From a virus (lineage: Duplodnaviria > Heunggongvirae > Uroviricota > Caudoviricetes), in IMG/VR virus record IMGVR_UViG_3300045988_152430: DNA of 64,000 nt, one strand, 5' to 3'. Shown here piece by piece: positions 51,707 through 61,545 of the stretch. A program made the translations under genes and the position numbers. Under the pieces are notes generated by a model. That model was not told the DNA's origin and made no database searches. It saw only the letters and a list, made by a program, of their open reading frames with translations. Numbering within the stretch: the first letter of the stretch is position 1; each line of letters begins with the position of its first letter.

Positions 51707-53136
51707 GTAAAACAACACCGACTAAAGACAGTATTCGTGCAGAGTTTGAAGAGCTTGTCGAGAAAGATTCATTCTGGTCGAAGTTTGTCGGCTCTCAATT
51801 TGTCTCGATGCTGACATTGTTTATTACCCAGATTGTCTACAGGTGCTTTCAGTATGCCGATGCGGCGCTGGCTGAAGGCTTTATATCGACCGCGACGCGG
51901 CGTTCCTCTATCCTGGCAGCGGCAGAAACGAATAGTTACGTTGGTACCAAGCCAACACCGTCATCGGGGATGATTGAGATCACCGCCACAAGTGAAGATG
52001 CCCCAGCGGTAATTCCCAAAAACATGCCTTTAATATCTGACGACCAGTACCCTTACATGACTATGGATGTATGCAGGTTGGTTGACGGCACCGGTACGGT
52101 AGAAGTGGCACAGTTGGAAATCCAGGAGGTGACATATACCGTTACGGCTGCCAAAGAATTTCTGGAAGTCGTGTTATCAAAGGCTCTCACTGCTGTCTGC
52201 TATAAGCTGGAAGTATTCGTGACGACCGATGGTAAGACCACGCAGTGGTCTTCCAGCACAATGTTCCGGTTAGCTGGTAGTAAAAGCCAGGTCTACGTTG
52301 AGTTTTATAAACCATCCGAACAGTTGGGTGTCCGATTCGGCGATGGGCTAATTGGGCAAATACCGCCAGAAGGCTCGACAATTACGCTTAAGGTATGGTG
52401 CACCAACGGCGATATAACCCTGGTTGCTGGCCAAAACCTGACGCCTGTCGATTCTGCGGCTAATTTAGCTAATTTGATTTCAGTTAAGACAACGACACCT
52501 ATAACCGCAGGTACCGATGCTGAAACAACGGAGATCACACGTAACCGTGCACAATATTACCTTGCCTATGATGATCAGGTCGTATGGGGCGGGGACTATA
52601 CGTATTTTCTGGTTCGTAACATCCCGGGGCTGTCCTGGGTAAAGGCATGGGGCGAAGGCCAGCAAGAGAAATTAGATGGTGCTTATAATGTTCAGAATAT
52701 CAATAAGATATTTATTTCAGGATGGCATCCAAATAAAAGCCAGTCAGAGCTTGAAGAAATGATCCTGACTGCCTTTAAGAAGGTACCGAATGAACTGAAC
52801 AAGAAATTCTCTTATAAAGAGGTCAGAAAACTACCATTTAAGATAACCATCACCGGACGGATATCGGCAAGCCTGACCATTGAGAATGTGACCGATGAGC
52901 TGAAGTCGGCACTGGAAACAAAATTTGGGCGCGACTCAACTTTCTTTGATCCGAGCCGCGTCGGAAAGTACATCCTGATTAAGAAAAAAGACGTTTGGGC
53001 GTTTATCGAAACGCTGGGTTATTTCCGCGACTTTTATCTTGAATTTGTCGAGTGGAATGAGTCCAACGGCTTTTACGATTTCGTTTATCTGGATACAGAA
53101 AGCTCCACCTTTAATATTTCGTATGAGGAGGAGTGA
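51703..53136 (+). CDS. Baseplate J-like protein candidate (477 aa)
   Basis: Size and order (W-like, J-like, I-like, then fibre) typical of myovirus baseplate modules. Confidence 0.5.
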   Translation: MSKTTPTKDSIRAEFEELVEKDSFWSKFVGSQFVSMLTLFITQIVYRCFQYADAALAEGFISTATRRSSILAAAETNSYVGTKPTPSSGMIEITATSEDAPAVIPKNMPLISDDQYPYMTMDVCRLVDGTGTVEVAQLEIQEVTYTVTAAKEFLEVVLSKALTAVCYKLEVFVTTDGKTTQWSSSTMFRLAGSKSQVYVEFYKPSEQLGVRFGDGLIGQIPPEGSTITLKVWCTNGDITLVAGQNLTPVDSAANLANLISVKTTTPITAGTDAETTEITRNRAQYYLAYDDQVVWGGDYTYFLVRNIPGLSWVKAWGEGQQEKLDGAYNVQNINKIFISGWHPNKSQSELEEMILTAFKKVPNELNKKFSYKEVRKLPFKITITGRISASLTIENVTDELKSALETKFGRDSTFFDPSRVGKYILIKKKDVWAFIETLGYFRDFYLEFVEWNESNGFYDFVYLDTESSTFNISYEEE

Positions 53137-53972
53137 TGCAGCGTTCCTGGTTTAATAACCGGCTTACATCAGCTAAGCAAAAGTCATTGCTCTATAAATC
53201 ATTGGCTGATTTGGTTCAGTCAATGATGGACACCTTTGTTGACCCATGGTTGGAGCGAATTACCAACCGGAAGTCTATTTTCTCCATGAGCAAGGAGGAT
53301 CTGGAGACCAGGACAAATGAACTTGGCCAGTTCTTTACTATCAGAACCTCGAACTCATCTTCCGTTCCGATGTTGTTACAACAGCGGCTTGATGAGATCC
53401 ACTTTAAGGGAACTGAACGTCCTATAAACCAGACAATTTACCGCGAATTTAACGGTATTTCTGTTTTATGGGATCCGATATATGCACCGGTGGACCTTGA
53501 GCGTCATCCCTATGGCACAGTTCTAATACCAGAAAGCACACTGGAGACTACCGGCGGCACATTCGGCGAGATGTTTCTGACTTCCAGAGGGATGATCAGT
53601 ATTCCCATAAACGACCTGGCCAGGACAATGGGTATTACTGGCACGATAGATCAGTCCGCAATTACAGAAGAAATTCTCAGAAAGTTTAATCAGTTCGTAA
53701 AGCCTCTACTGCCACTGCATATAGTGTTTGATGGGCTTACGCTCTATTTGTCGGTTGTTGTAAATGAACAGGCCGACATGATCACTTTGAACGAGATTTC
53801 TGATACCGAAAAAGCATTCTGCTGGTTTGAAACTTCGGATACAACTTCGCTTACTGGAGTTACGTCGATTAGCGCCCCGATCACCGCAACGCCTGGTGGC
53901 ACTATTGTGAAAGCGACACCTACGTTTGATCGCACACGCGCAGATGATTTGTTGCTGGATAGCGACGCCTGA
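53133..53972 (+). CDS. Baseplate/tail-fibre attachment protein candidate (279 aa)
   Basis: ORF in track; overlapping stop/start with the J-like gene. Confidence 0.5.
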   Translation: MMQRSWFNNRLTSAKQKSLLYKSLADLVQSMMDTFVDPWLERITNRKSIFSMSKEDLETRTNELGQFFTIRTSNSSSVPMLLQQRLDEIHFKGTERPINQTIYREFNGISVLWDPIYAPVDLERHPYGTVLIPESTLETTGGTFGEMFLTSRGMISIPINDLARTMGITGTIDQSAITEEILRKFNQFVKPLLPLHIVFDGLTLYLSVVVNEQADMITLNEISDTEKAFCWFETSDTTSLTGVTSISAPITATPGGTIVKATPTFDRTRADDLLLDSDA

Positions 53973-53999
53973 CAATCACCCCGTCCGTAGGGCGGGGTG

Positions 54000-54020
54000 A
54001 CAAGTTACTTCTCTTACAAT
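54000..54020 (+). promoter_or_regulatory. Late-promoter-type element (ACAAGTTACT-N5-TACAAT)
   Basis: Motif directly after a GC hairpin (caccccg..cggggtg) and 30 nt upstream of the 54051 start. Confidence 0.55.
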
Positions 54021-54050
54021 GAGGCTTCACAACATTGATTAGGGAAAATC

Positions 54051-54485
54051 ATGTCTGACGTCTCAACAAACCTCTATAAGAGTCAGTTGTTGGACTATTA
54101 CTATCAGCGGCGCGCTGAATCGTCCATTAACAAAGGCTCTCGATTTTTAATCAGCAAGGCCGTTTTCGGTACCAGTTCACTGGTTACCAAAAATGAAGAT
54201 GGTACTTATGACATTGGAGAACTGCCAAAGGCTTTCGAGTTGGCAGAACTGACCAGTCAATTTTGCACCATAAACCTCGTCCCAACCTACTCTGGTGGGA
54301 TAATTACTGTCCGAATGGACCTTGATCAAAGCCAGTTGCAGGAAGGGAGAAACTACCCATTCAACACTCTGGTTGTTCTAGATAACGAGAACAAGCCAAT
54401 CGCCATTATTTGTGTCCAGGAAGACTCGCTGTATGTGGGCAAAACATATACCGCAGTTATGGCCATAAACACGACTACAGCATAA
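54051..54485 (+). CDS. Tail-fibre operon first gene (144 aa), possibly fibre-associated structural protein
   Basis: ORF in track with SD; precedes the tail-fibre gene. Confidence 0.5.
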   Translation: MSDVSTNLYKSQLLDYYYQRRAESSINKGSRFLISKAVFGTSSLVTKNEDGTYDIGELPKAFELAELTSQFCTINLVPTYSGGIITVRMDLDQSQLQEGRNYPFNTLVVLDNENKPIAIICVQEDSLYVGKTYTAVMAINTTTA

Positions 54486-54496
54486 GGATATGCTTG

Positions 54497-57400
54497 ATGA
54501 ATGACGTTACAGTTGTTACATCAGTTACTTACCCATCGCCTGAGTCACTGGCTCTGGTGGCTGATGTGCAATACCACGAACCATATCTGTCAGCCGCGCT
54601 AAACCGAAAATTCAGGGGAATTGTTGACCCTGGATTTTATGCTGGTTTCCTGCCGAAGCCTGGTGGTGGGATGAACCTGTTAATCACCTCAGTGGATGGT
54701 GATAAAACTGCTGGCGCTGCGTCAGTGGATATTGGTGAATTCTACCAGGTAACTATTCAGCACCGTAAGGATATTTCTCTTGCACTTAGTGCAGGCAAGA
54801 AATATGCAATTGTGCTGAAGGGAAGATACCTCCTTGGAGAGGATACCTATCAGGTTAATACCGCGTCACATATTCATGCGGCTGAATTTGTTGCCAGAAC
54901 CTATACCGATTCATATCAGTTAGGAGATGGGGAGCTGCTTGTTTGTACGGTGAATATCCCTGCTGGCGTATCAGCCATTACCCAGGAGATGATTGATACA
55001 TCCGAGCGTATTAACCGCACGATCGGCATTGATATTTCAGACTCTGTAACCAGTAGCAGAAGTGATGTTGCTGCAAGTTCGCTGGCAGTTAAAAAAGCCT
55101 ACGATCTGGCGAAAAGCAAGTATACGGCGCAGGATGCAAGCACAACGCAAAAGGGATTAGTTCAGCTCAGTAGCGAAACTAACAGCGACAGCGAAACAAT
55201 GGCGGCTACCCCTAAAGCCATTAAGTCTGTAAAAGATCTTGCTGATACCAAAGCGCCAATAGAAAGCCCGAGTCTGACAGGAACGCCAACCGCGCCGACG
55301 GCAGCGCAAGGTACAAATAGCACGCAGATCGCAAATACAGCCTTTGTTAAGGCAGCTATAACGGCACTTATCAACGGTGCACCTGGCACACTGGATACGC
55401 TTAAAGAAATAGCTGCTGCGATCAATAACGACCCGAATTTCAGCACAACTATCAACAATGCTCTGGCTCTTAAAGCTCCTTTAGCAAGTCCTGCATTAAC
55501 GGGAATACCTACTGCGCCAACCGCTGCACAGGGTACGAATAACACGCAGATTGCTACGACCGCTTATGTAAGAGCTGCCATATCCGCATTGGTTGGTTCA
55601 TCACCAGAAGCTCTTGATACCCTGAATGAGCTTGCCGCAGCACTTGGTAATGACCCGAACTTTGCGACAACAATGACAAATGCGCTGGCAGGCAAACAGC
55701 CTCTGGATGCAACTTTAACCGCGCTTGCGGGTCTTGCTACAGGCGCAAATAAATTGCCGTACTTTACCGGTACAGACACTGTTTCTCAGACTGACTTAAC
55801 GTCAGTCGGTCGCGATATTCTGGCCAAAACAAGCGTCCTTGCTGTTATCCAATACCTTGGTTTAAGAGAACTCGGCACAAGCGGTGAAAAGATCCCCCTG
55901 TTGAGCACGGCTAACACATGGAGTGCACGCCAGACTTTTAACGGCGGGATCACCGGGGCGCTGACAGGGAACGCCGATACCGCGACGAAGTTGAAAACAG
56001 CACGGAAGATTAACAACGTTTCATTTGATGGTTCGGCAGACATAACGCTGACACCTGAGAACCTTGGCGTCACCAGTCTGACGTTTGAGAAAAACAACGG
56101 TGAAATGCCTATTGATGCTGACCTAAATACTTTCGGTCCCGTTGAGGCTTATCTTGGTGTCTGGTCCAAAGCAACATCCACCAACGCAACACTGGAGAAA
56201 AATTTCCCGGAAGATAATGCTGTCGGTGTGCTTGAGGTATTTGCTGCCGGAAATTTTGCAGGTACGCAACGCTTTACCACGAGAGACGGCAATGTATACA
56301 TACGCAGACTCGCCAATAAGTGGAATGGCTCTGATGGTCCGTGGGGCATATGGCGTCACACTCAATCAGCTACCCGCCCTTTGAGTACGACTATAGACCT
56401 GAATACGCTTGGAGCCGCCGAACATCTTGGTTTATGGCGTAACAGTAGCTCGGCTATAGCTTCATATGAACGCAATTATCCAGAGGAAGGCGGCTTTGCT
56501 CAGGGGATGCTTGAGATCCTCGAAGGCGGGAATTATGGAAGAACGCAACGTTATACCACTCGCCGCGGAAATATGTATGTCCGCTGCCTTGCGGCAAGCT
56601 GGGATGCATCAAATCCGCAGTGGGAACCGTGGTTAAAAGTCGGTCATCAGTCAGAGAGTCGTTATTACGACGGGGATTTGAATGATGTGACTTCACCAGG
56701 TATTTACAGCGTTACAGGTAAAGCGACCAACGGTCCAATACTGGACGGAAACGGCGTGACAGTCCTCGGTATTCTGGAGGTGTTGAGGCGCTTTGATGGT
56801 GTTAACGTATGGCAGCGTTATACAACTGCCGGAACAGGTGCAACCCTTAAAGGTCGCACGTTTGAGCGCGTCTATACCGGTAGCTCGTGGAGCGAATGGC
56901 GGGAAGTCTACACCTCGTATTCACTTCCCCTGAATCTGGGTATCGGCGGTGCTGTGGCAAAGCTCACCAGCCTGGACTGGCAGACCTACGACTTTGTTCC
57001 GGGCAGTCTGATAACCGTTCGGCTTGATAATATGACCAATATTCCCGACGGTATGGACTGGGGCGTTATTGATGGCAACCTGATAAACATCGCTGTTGGC
57101 CCAAGTGATGATACCGGTACGGGACGCTCAATGCATGTATGGCGCAGCACTGTAAGTAAAGCCAACTACCGCTTTTTTATGGTGCGTATTTCAGGAAATC
57201 CGGGAAGCCGCACGATCACAGCAAGACGTGTGCCAATTATCGACGAAGCTCAGACATGGGGCGCGAAACAGACATTCAGTGCTGGCCTTTCTGGTGAACT
57301 GTCCGGCAATGCTGCGACAGCAACAAAGCTGAAAACAGCCCGTAAAATTAATAACGTTTCGTTTGATGGTTCCGGGGATATTGAGGTCCTTCCTGTTGGT

Positions 57401-58042
57401 GTTCCGCTGCCGTGGCCATCAGATACTGTGCCGTCTGGTTACGCCCTGATGCAGGGACAGACTTTTGACAAATCTGCATACCCGAAACTTGCAGCCGCTT
57501 ATCCGTCAGGCGTGATCCCGGATATGCGTGGCTGGACAATCAAGGGCAAACCCGCCAGTGGTCGGGACGTATTGTCTCTGGAACAGGATGGCATTAAATC
57601 GCACACCCACAGCGCCAGCGCATCCAATACGGATTTGGGTACGAAAACCACATCTTCGTTTGATTACGGTACTAAATCAACGAATAACACAGGTGCACAT
57701 ACCCACAATGTATCTGGTACTGCAAATAGTGCTGGCGCACATACTCATACCGTGCCATTAAGGAGACCAAACAGTGGCGGTATGAATTTCGACTGGCTGG
57801 ATGGTGCATCAAGTGGCACGGTGGTGGGGAATGGAACTGTGCCTTCTTCTGGCGCACATACCCACTCAGTATCAGGCACCGCTACAAGTGCTGGGGCACA
57901 TGCACACACTGTTGGTATTGGCGCTCATACGCACTCTGTTGCGATTGGTTCACATGGACATACCATCACCGTTAACGCTGCTGGCAACGCGGAAAACACC
58001 GTTAAAAACATCGCATTTAATTATATTGTGAGGCTTGCATAA
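54497..58042 (+). CDS. Long tail fibre protein (1181 aa from ATG at 54497)
   Basis: Repeated SP(S/A)LTG(T/I)[11 protein letters not shown](S/N)TQIA units, Ser/Thr/Gly-rich shaft, C-terminal tandem His-x-His array (AHTHSV...[15 protein letters not shown]) like T-even distal fibre tips; AAGGA SD before 54497. Confidence 0.8.
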   Translation: MNDVTVVTSVTYPSPESLALVADVQYHEPYLSAALNRKFRGIVDPGFYAGFLPKPGGGMNLLITSVDGDKTAGAASVDIGEFYQVTIQHRKDISLALSAGKKYAIVLKGRYLLGEDTYQVNTASHIHAAEFVARTYTDSYQLGDGELLVCTVNIPAGVSAITQEMIDTSERINRTIGIDISDSVTSSRSDVAASSLAVKKAYDLAKSKYTAQDASTTQKGLVQLSSETNSDSETMAATPKAIKSVKDLADTKAPIESPSLTGTPTAPTAAQGTNSTQIANTAFVKAAITALINGAPGTLDTLKEIAAAINNDPNFSTTINNALALKAPLASPALTGIPTAPTAAQGTNNTQIATTAYVRAAISALVGSSPEALDTLNELAAALGNDPNFATTMTNALAGKQPLDATLTALAGLATGANKLPYFTGTDTVSQTDLTSVGRDILAKTSVLAVIQYLGLRELGTSGEKIPLLSTANTWSARQTFNGGITGALTGNADTATKLKTARKINNVSFDGSADITLTPENLGVTSLTFEKNNGEMPIDADLNTFGPVEAYLGVWSKATSTNATLEKNFPEDNAVGVLEVFAAGNFAGTQRFTTRDGNVYIRRLANKWNGSDGPWGIWRHTQSATRPLSTTIDLNTLGAAEHLGLWRNSSSAIASYERNYPEEGGFAQGMLEILEGGNYGRTQRYTTRRGNMYVRCLAASWDASNPQWEPWLKVGHQSESRYYDGDLNDVTSPGIYSVTGKATNGPILDGNGVTVLGILEVLRRFDGVNVWQRYTTAGTGATLKGRTFERVYTGSSWSEWREVYTSYSLPLNLGIGGAVAKLTSLDWQTYDFVPGSLITVRLDNMTNIPDGMDWGVIDGNLINIAVGPSDDTGTGRSMHVWRSTVSKANYRFFMVRISGNPGSRTITARRVPIIDEAQTWGAKQTFSAGLSGELSGNAATATKLKTARKINNVSFDGSGDIEVLPVGVPLPWPSDTVPSGYALMQGQTFDKSAYPKLAAAYPSGVIPDMRGWTIKGKPASGRDVLSLEQDGIKSHTHSASASNTDLGTKTTSSFDYGTKSTNNTGAHTHNVSGTANSAGAHTHTVPLRRPNSGGMNFDWLDGASSGTVVGNGTVPSSGAHTHSVSGTATSAGAHAHTVGIGAHTHSVAIGSHGHTITVNAAGNAENTVKNIAFNYIVRLA

Positions 58043-58659
58043 TGGCATTCAGAATGAGTGAACAATCACGTACTGTAAAAATTTATAACCTGCTGGCCGG
58101 AACTAATGAGTTTATTGGTGAAGGTGACGCATATATTCCACCTCATACAGGGCTGCCAGCTAATTCTACAGATATCGCCCCACCGGAAATTCCTGCTGGC
58201 TTTGTGGCAGTTTTTAACAGTGAAAATGAATCGTGGAATATTGTTGAAGACCATCGTGGTAAAACGGTCTATGACGTGGCATCGGGGGACGCGTTGTTTA
58301 TTTCTGAACCCGGACCGCTACCAGAGAATGTCACCTGGTTGTCGCCAGCAGGGGAATATCAGAAGTGGGACGGCGTATCCTGGGTGAAGGATGAGGAAGC
58401 AGAAAAACTGTTTCGGATACGGGAAGCGGAAGAGAAAAAGGCAAGGTTGATCCAGGAGGCAACAGATAACATCGCAATTCTGCAGGATGCAGTTAATCTT
58501 GAAATAGCAACAAACGAGGAAAATTCACAACTGGATTCCTGGAGAAAATACAGAGTATTAGTGAGTAGAATTGACACCAGTACAGCTCCGGATATCGTAT
58601 GGCCAGAGCTGATGAATCAGGGTTATGTACGGGAGGACGAGCAGATAACTTCAGACTGA
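58042..58659 (+). CDS. Tail fibre assembly chaperone (Tfa/U family)
   Basis: TAATG stop/start coupling with the fibre gene; [14 protein letters not shown] and C-terminal VWPELMNQ resemble Tfa family patterns. Confidence 0.7.
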   Translation: MAFRMSEQSRTVKIYNLLAGTNEFIGEGDAYIPPHTGLPANSTDIAPPEIPAGFVAVFNSENESWNIVEDHRGKTVYDVASGDALFISEPGPLPENVTWLSPAGEYQKWDGVSWVKDEEAEKLFRIREAEEKKARLIQEATDNIAILQDAVNLEIATNEENSQLDSWRKYRVLVSRIDTSTAPDIVWPELMNQGYVREDEQITSD

Positions 58660-59186
58660 AATTTAGTGATGAATGTTGAATCATCAGGAATATCATGCAA
58701 TACCAATGCATGAGCACCTATTGTGACATTGTTTCCTATACGCACTTTGCCACCAAGAATGGTGGCATTACAACCAATGGTCACATTATGTCCTATAACA
58801 ATATCCATATCATTAAAATCACCACGTAGCCCAATAGTTACCCCTGGTTTTATTGAACAATTTTCACCGATTGTTACTTTGTGACCGATAACAACACTGT
58901 TGAGATAAGAAATATCAAAGCCTTTCCCTATATTTACAGTTAAAGGGACTGTTACATTATATTTATCAAGAATTAAACGTTCTATTTTCCCCGCAATCTT
59001 CCGACAGTATCCGCCTTTATCAAAAAGGTATTTGGCCATGCGCCACCAAAATAAATAACGAACTCTTCTATGTTTTATTGCGCGAACAATTGCCTTTCGC
59101 CAGGAGAAAGGACGCTCGCTACCGATTACTTCATAGTGAATACAGTCTTTAAGTTCATTAATATTCATGTCTCTATTATTCAGCAT
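58623..59186 (-). CDS. Hexapeptide-repeat (left-handed beta-helix) acetyltransferase
   Basis: Tandem hexapeptides [21 protein letters not shown]...[34 protein letters not shown]; convergent with and overlapping the 3' end of the Tfa gene; AT-rich own upstream region. Confidence 0.7.
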   Translation of the reverse strand: MLNNRDMNINELKDCIHYEVIGSERPFSWRKAIVRAIKHRRVRYLFWWRMAKYLFDKGGYCRKIAGKIERLILDKYNVTVPLTVNIGKGFDISYLNSVVIGHKVTIGENCSIKPGVTIGLRGDFNDMDIVIGHNVTIGCNATILGGKVRIGNNVTIGAHALVLHDIPDDSTFITKFQSEVICSSSRT

Positions 59187-59189
59187 AAT

Positions 59190-60180
59190 ATAATAATGTG
59201 CCCAATTATTATAATGATTTTAATGGGTTATTTCTACTGATTATCCAGTGTGTCTGGCGGTTTTCGGTATTATCTGCCGGAACCATGCCTCATCCAGCGG
59301 GTATTTGCTGCCTGGGTTATCCGGTTTTACGGTCACTCCCTCAGGCCTCCGATTCTGGTCACGGCGGGTTTGTTATTTTCCAATGCGTCGGATGACCACT
59401 GCCGCAACTTCTGCACCATTTTTTGGGAGCGGGATTCCACTCCTACGCAACCTGCGCTTTTTGTGCAGCCTGTTTTGCGTGCTGTCCCGGATTTTTGAGT
59501 TTCATTCTGCCTCCATGAGCCTATCAGAGACGACACCAATCCACTTAAGCACGATGCCAAGACCATCAAGGAGCTGCGTCAGAGGCCCAGCACAATGTTC
59601 TGCTTGATCGGCATAGGGGGGGAGCACAAGGCTGCGCCCCTGCCACACCACCCGGCATGCAGGTCCGTACCGGGCTTCCCCGGCTTCTGACGCAATGTTC
59701 TGTCAAGAGTCATATCTTTTGGCTTTCCTTCTCGTTCGGCCCTTCGTCGGAGTCCTGACTACTACGGCCTCTGCTGACTTCTCGCTCCGTCTTACGACGT
59801 TGCCCTTTCAGGCATGAGGCGAGAACTCCCCAGGTAAGAACGCGATCCTTCCCCGCACAACCGTCGGATCTACGCGACTTTGTCACGAAAGCTTCGCAGT
59901 GATGTGCCTGCTCGCCTTGCTCCATCGCGCCTCATATCCGATTCTTGTTCATCGGCTCACGGGTTCATTCCGTGCTTCCTCCCCACGCCCGGTCGCCCTC
60001 ACGCAGTTGCACTTCCTTTCGCTCGCTGTGGTCAGCTCGCGGGAGGGCTTTCACCTCCAAGATCGCGCCCATGCTGGGCGCACACATCCTCCACGCTCTA
60101 AAGGACGTGGAGGATGTCAAGTAACATGACCGGTTGAGAAGTTACTTTGCATACCATTACCTCCTGACAACGTAGGAGGG
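59190..60180. other. About 1 kb ORF-poor, GC-rich, hairpin-dense segment of unknown nature (candidate structured RNA or decayed element)
   Basis: No ORF over 120 aa in any frame; runs of G/C, a perfect 11-bp stem (catcctccacg..cgtggaggatg at about 60086-60117) and other stems; sits between the acetyltransferase and the holin operon. Confidence 0.4.
60137..60157 (+). promoter_or_regulatory. Late-promoter-type element (AGAAGTTACT-N5-TACCAT)
   Basis: Motif and spacing as in the other late operons, about 30 nt upstream of the holin-like gene. Confidence 0.45.
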
Positions 60181-60185
60181 AACTT

Positions 60186-60515
60186 GTGCTTGACACACAG
60201 GAATTAGCTCCAGTTGCTATTGCGCTCCTGCTTTCAGTAATTGGTGGGATAGGCACGTTCCTGATGGATGTCCGAGACGGTCGCCAGTCTGGCAATTTGT
60301 TGGGATTGGTTACGGAGATCTTTGTTGCAGTGACAGCTGGCGCGGTGGCGTACCTATTGGGGCAACACAAGGGCTGGGAGTTATCAATTACGTACTTAAT
60401 GGTAACGATAGCCAGCAATAACGGTCATGAGGTGATTTCAGGGATGAAACGAGTGAATATCGATAGCATTCTGAATGTTCTTACAAGTTTGGTGAAAAAG
60501 GGAGGCGGGAAATGA
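60186..60515 (+). CDS. lydA: Holin-like membrane protein (LydA-like)
   Basis: 109 aa, GTG start with GGAGGG SD; TM helices (PVAIALLLSVIGGIGTFLM, IFVAVTAGAVAYLLG); first gene of the operon that continues into the DarA-like gene, as recalled for P1. Confidence 0.55.
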   Translation: MLDTQELAPVAIALLLSVIGGIGTFLMDVRDGRQSGNLLGLVTEIFVAVTAGAVAYLLGQHKGWELSITYLMVTIASNNGHEVISGMKRVNIDSILNVLTSLVKKGGGK

Positions 60516-60955
60516 TTGGCTGGGGTGTATGCGTTCTTGCGTTAGCCTTAGCCGATCGCTATTTGCTAAAACGCAAGGACATCACGCATTTAGAACTTGG
60601 TGATGTGGAAATTAAACCGGGTTTCATCCGGGTGCCGTTCAAATACCGGTCTAAATTCCCGTTTTTGCGCGGCGCAACGGTCAGATATTGGATCCGCGAT
60701 GTTCAGAAGCCGACGACAGTGATTGAAGGCGAACAACGTTGTCTGACGTCGGCTGAACAGGGCGAAAACAGTGAATGGTTGTACATACCCACTGAATATA
60801 TGGGTAAAGGAGAACGGCTGTGGCATTTCAACGTCATGGTTACGCATGGCGACTCGTTCATTAACCCGTTGTATCGGATTTTCCCTGTTACTCAGCAAAT
60901 CCGCAGAAGTTACGTAATAAATCTCGCACAGGATGTGTCAGATGACGAAAAATAA
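60512..60955 (+). CDS. lydB: Holin antagonist candidate (LydB-like, 147 aa)
   Basis: Overlapping start/stop with the holin gene; N-terminal hydrophobic segment; assignment by operon position. Confidence 0.5.
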   Translation: MIGWGVCVLALALADRYLLKRKDITHLELGDVEIKPGFIRVPFKYRSKFPFLRGATVRYWIRDVQKPTTVIEGEQRCLTSAEQGENSEWLYIPTEYMGKGERLWHFNVMVTHGDSFINPLYRIFPVTQQIRRSYVINLAQDVSDDEK

Positions 60956-61544
60956 GTATGCAACGGTCGATTTTGACCAGGTTAATGAAAAGGGGCTGAA
61001 ATCCCTTATCGCGGCGATCAATAAAACCAGTGTTACGGTAATTGAGGTTGACTCCAGCAACCGCGCAACAACGAAAGATGGCGTTAAAGTTAAAACCGCA
61101 AAGCTGGTTCTTAACGACGGACAAATTCTTGCCATACAGGTAAACGATACTGGCGATATATCGTCTGTGAGGCTGAATGGAAAAGCTATTCCTAACGCTC
61201 AATCGCCGGATATCAAGACGCTTGGTACCGTCATGGGACAGGCGGCCCGTAAAAACTCCGCAAAATTCCAGAAATCACTGATCGCCAAAGCGAAGCGTGT
61301 TGCCAATCCGGTAGACAAGAAACCGGCAGTTAAATCCAACTTTCAGCGCCTGCAAGAAGCAAAACAGCGGAATGCTCAGGTGGTTGCCGCTTATAAGTCC
61401 GCGCAGAATTCGGTGTCTTTCAATCAACAGCAGATCACTGATTTGCGGGCGAAGCTGGATAAGGAGACGGGCCGACTCAATAACGAAAAGGCACGGAATG
61501 GCGAACTCAAACGTCGTCTTAAGCAACTGAAAGCAGGAAATTAA
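60942..61544 (+). CDS. Lys/Ala-rich coiled-coil protein preceding the DarA-like gene (possibly Hdf)
   Basis: Track ORF 60933..61544; second ATG at 60942 follows AGGA; position matches the recalled hdf slot. Confidence 0.5.
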   Translation: MTKNKYATVDFDQVNEKGLKSLIAAINKTSVTVIEVDSSNRATTKDGVKVKTAKLVLNDGQILAIQVNDTGDISSVRLNGKAIPNAQSPDIKTLGTVMGQAARKNSAKFQKSLIAKAKRVANPVDKKPAVKSNFQRLQEAKQRNAQVVAAYKSAQNSVSFNQQQITDLRAKLDKETGRLNNEKARNGELKRRLKQLKAGN

Positions 61545-61545
61545 C

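Noticed and set aside
55162-56696. Minus-strand ORFs inside the tail fibre gene
   Set aside because: Antisense to a long repeat-rich fibre gene; Ala/Val/Gly-rich products mirror the sense-strand repeats; no independent start signals.
54410-58659. Possible diversity-generating retroelement or invertible segment acting on the tail fibre
   Set aside because: No reverse transcriptase, template repeat, serine invertase or cix-like inverted repeats were found in or near the fibre genes.
59198-60129. Short ORFs (59248..59607 and others) inside the 1 kb GC-rich segment
   Set aside because: None has a plausible start context or recognisable motif and they overlap each other in several frames; the segment is reported as non-coding rather than as genes.
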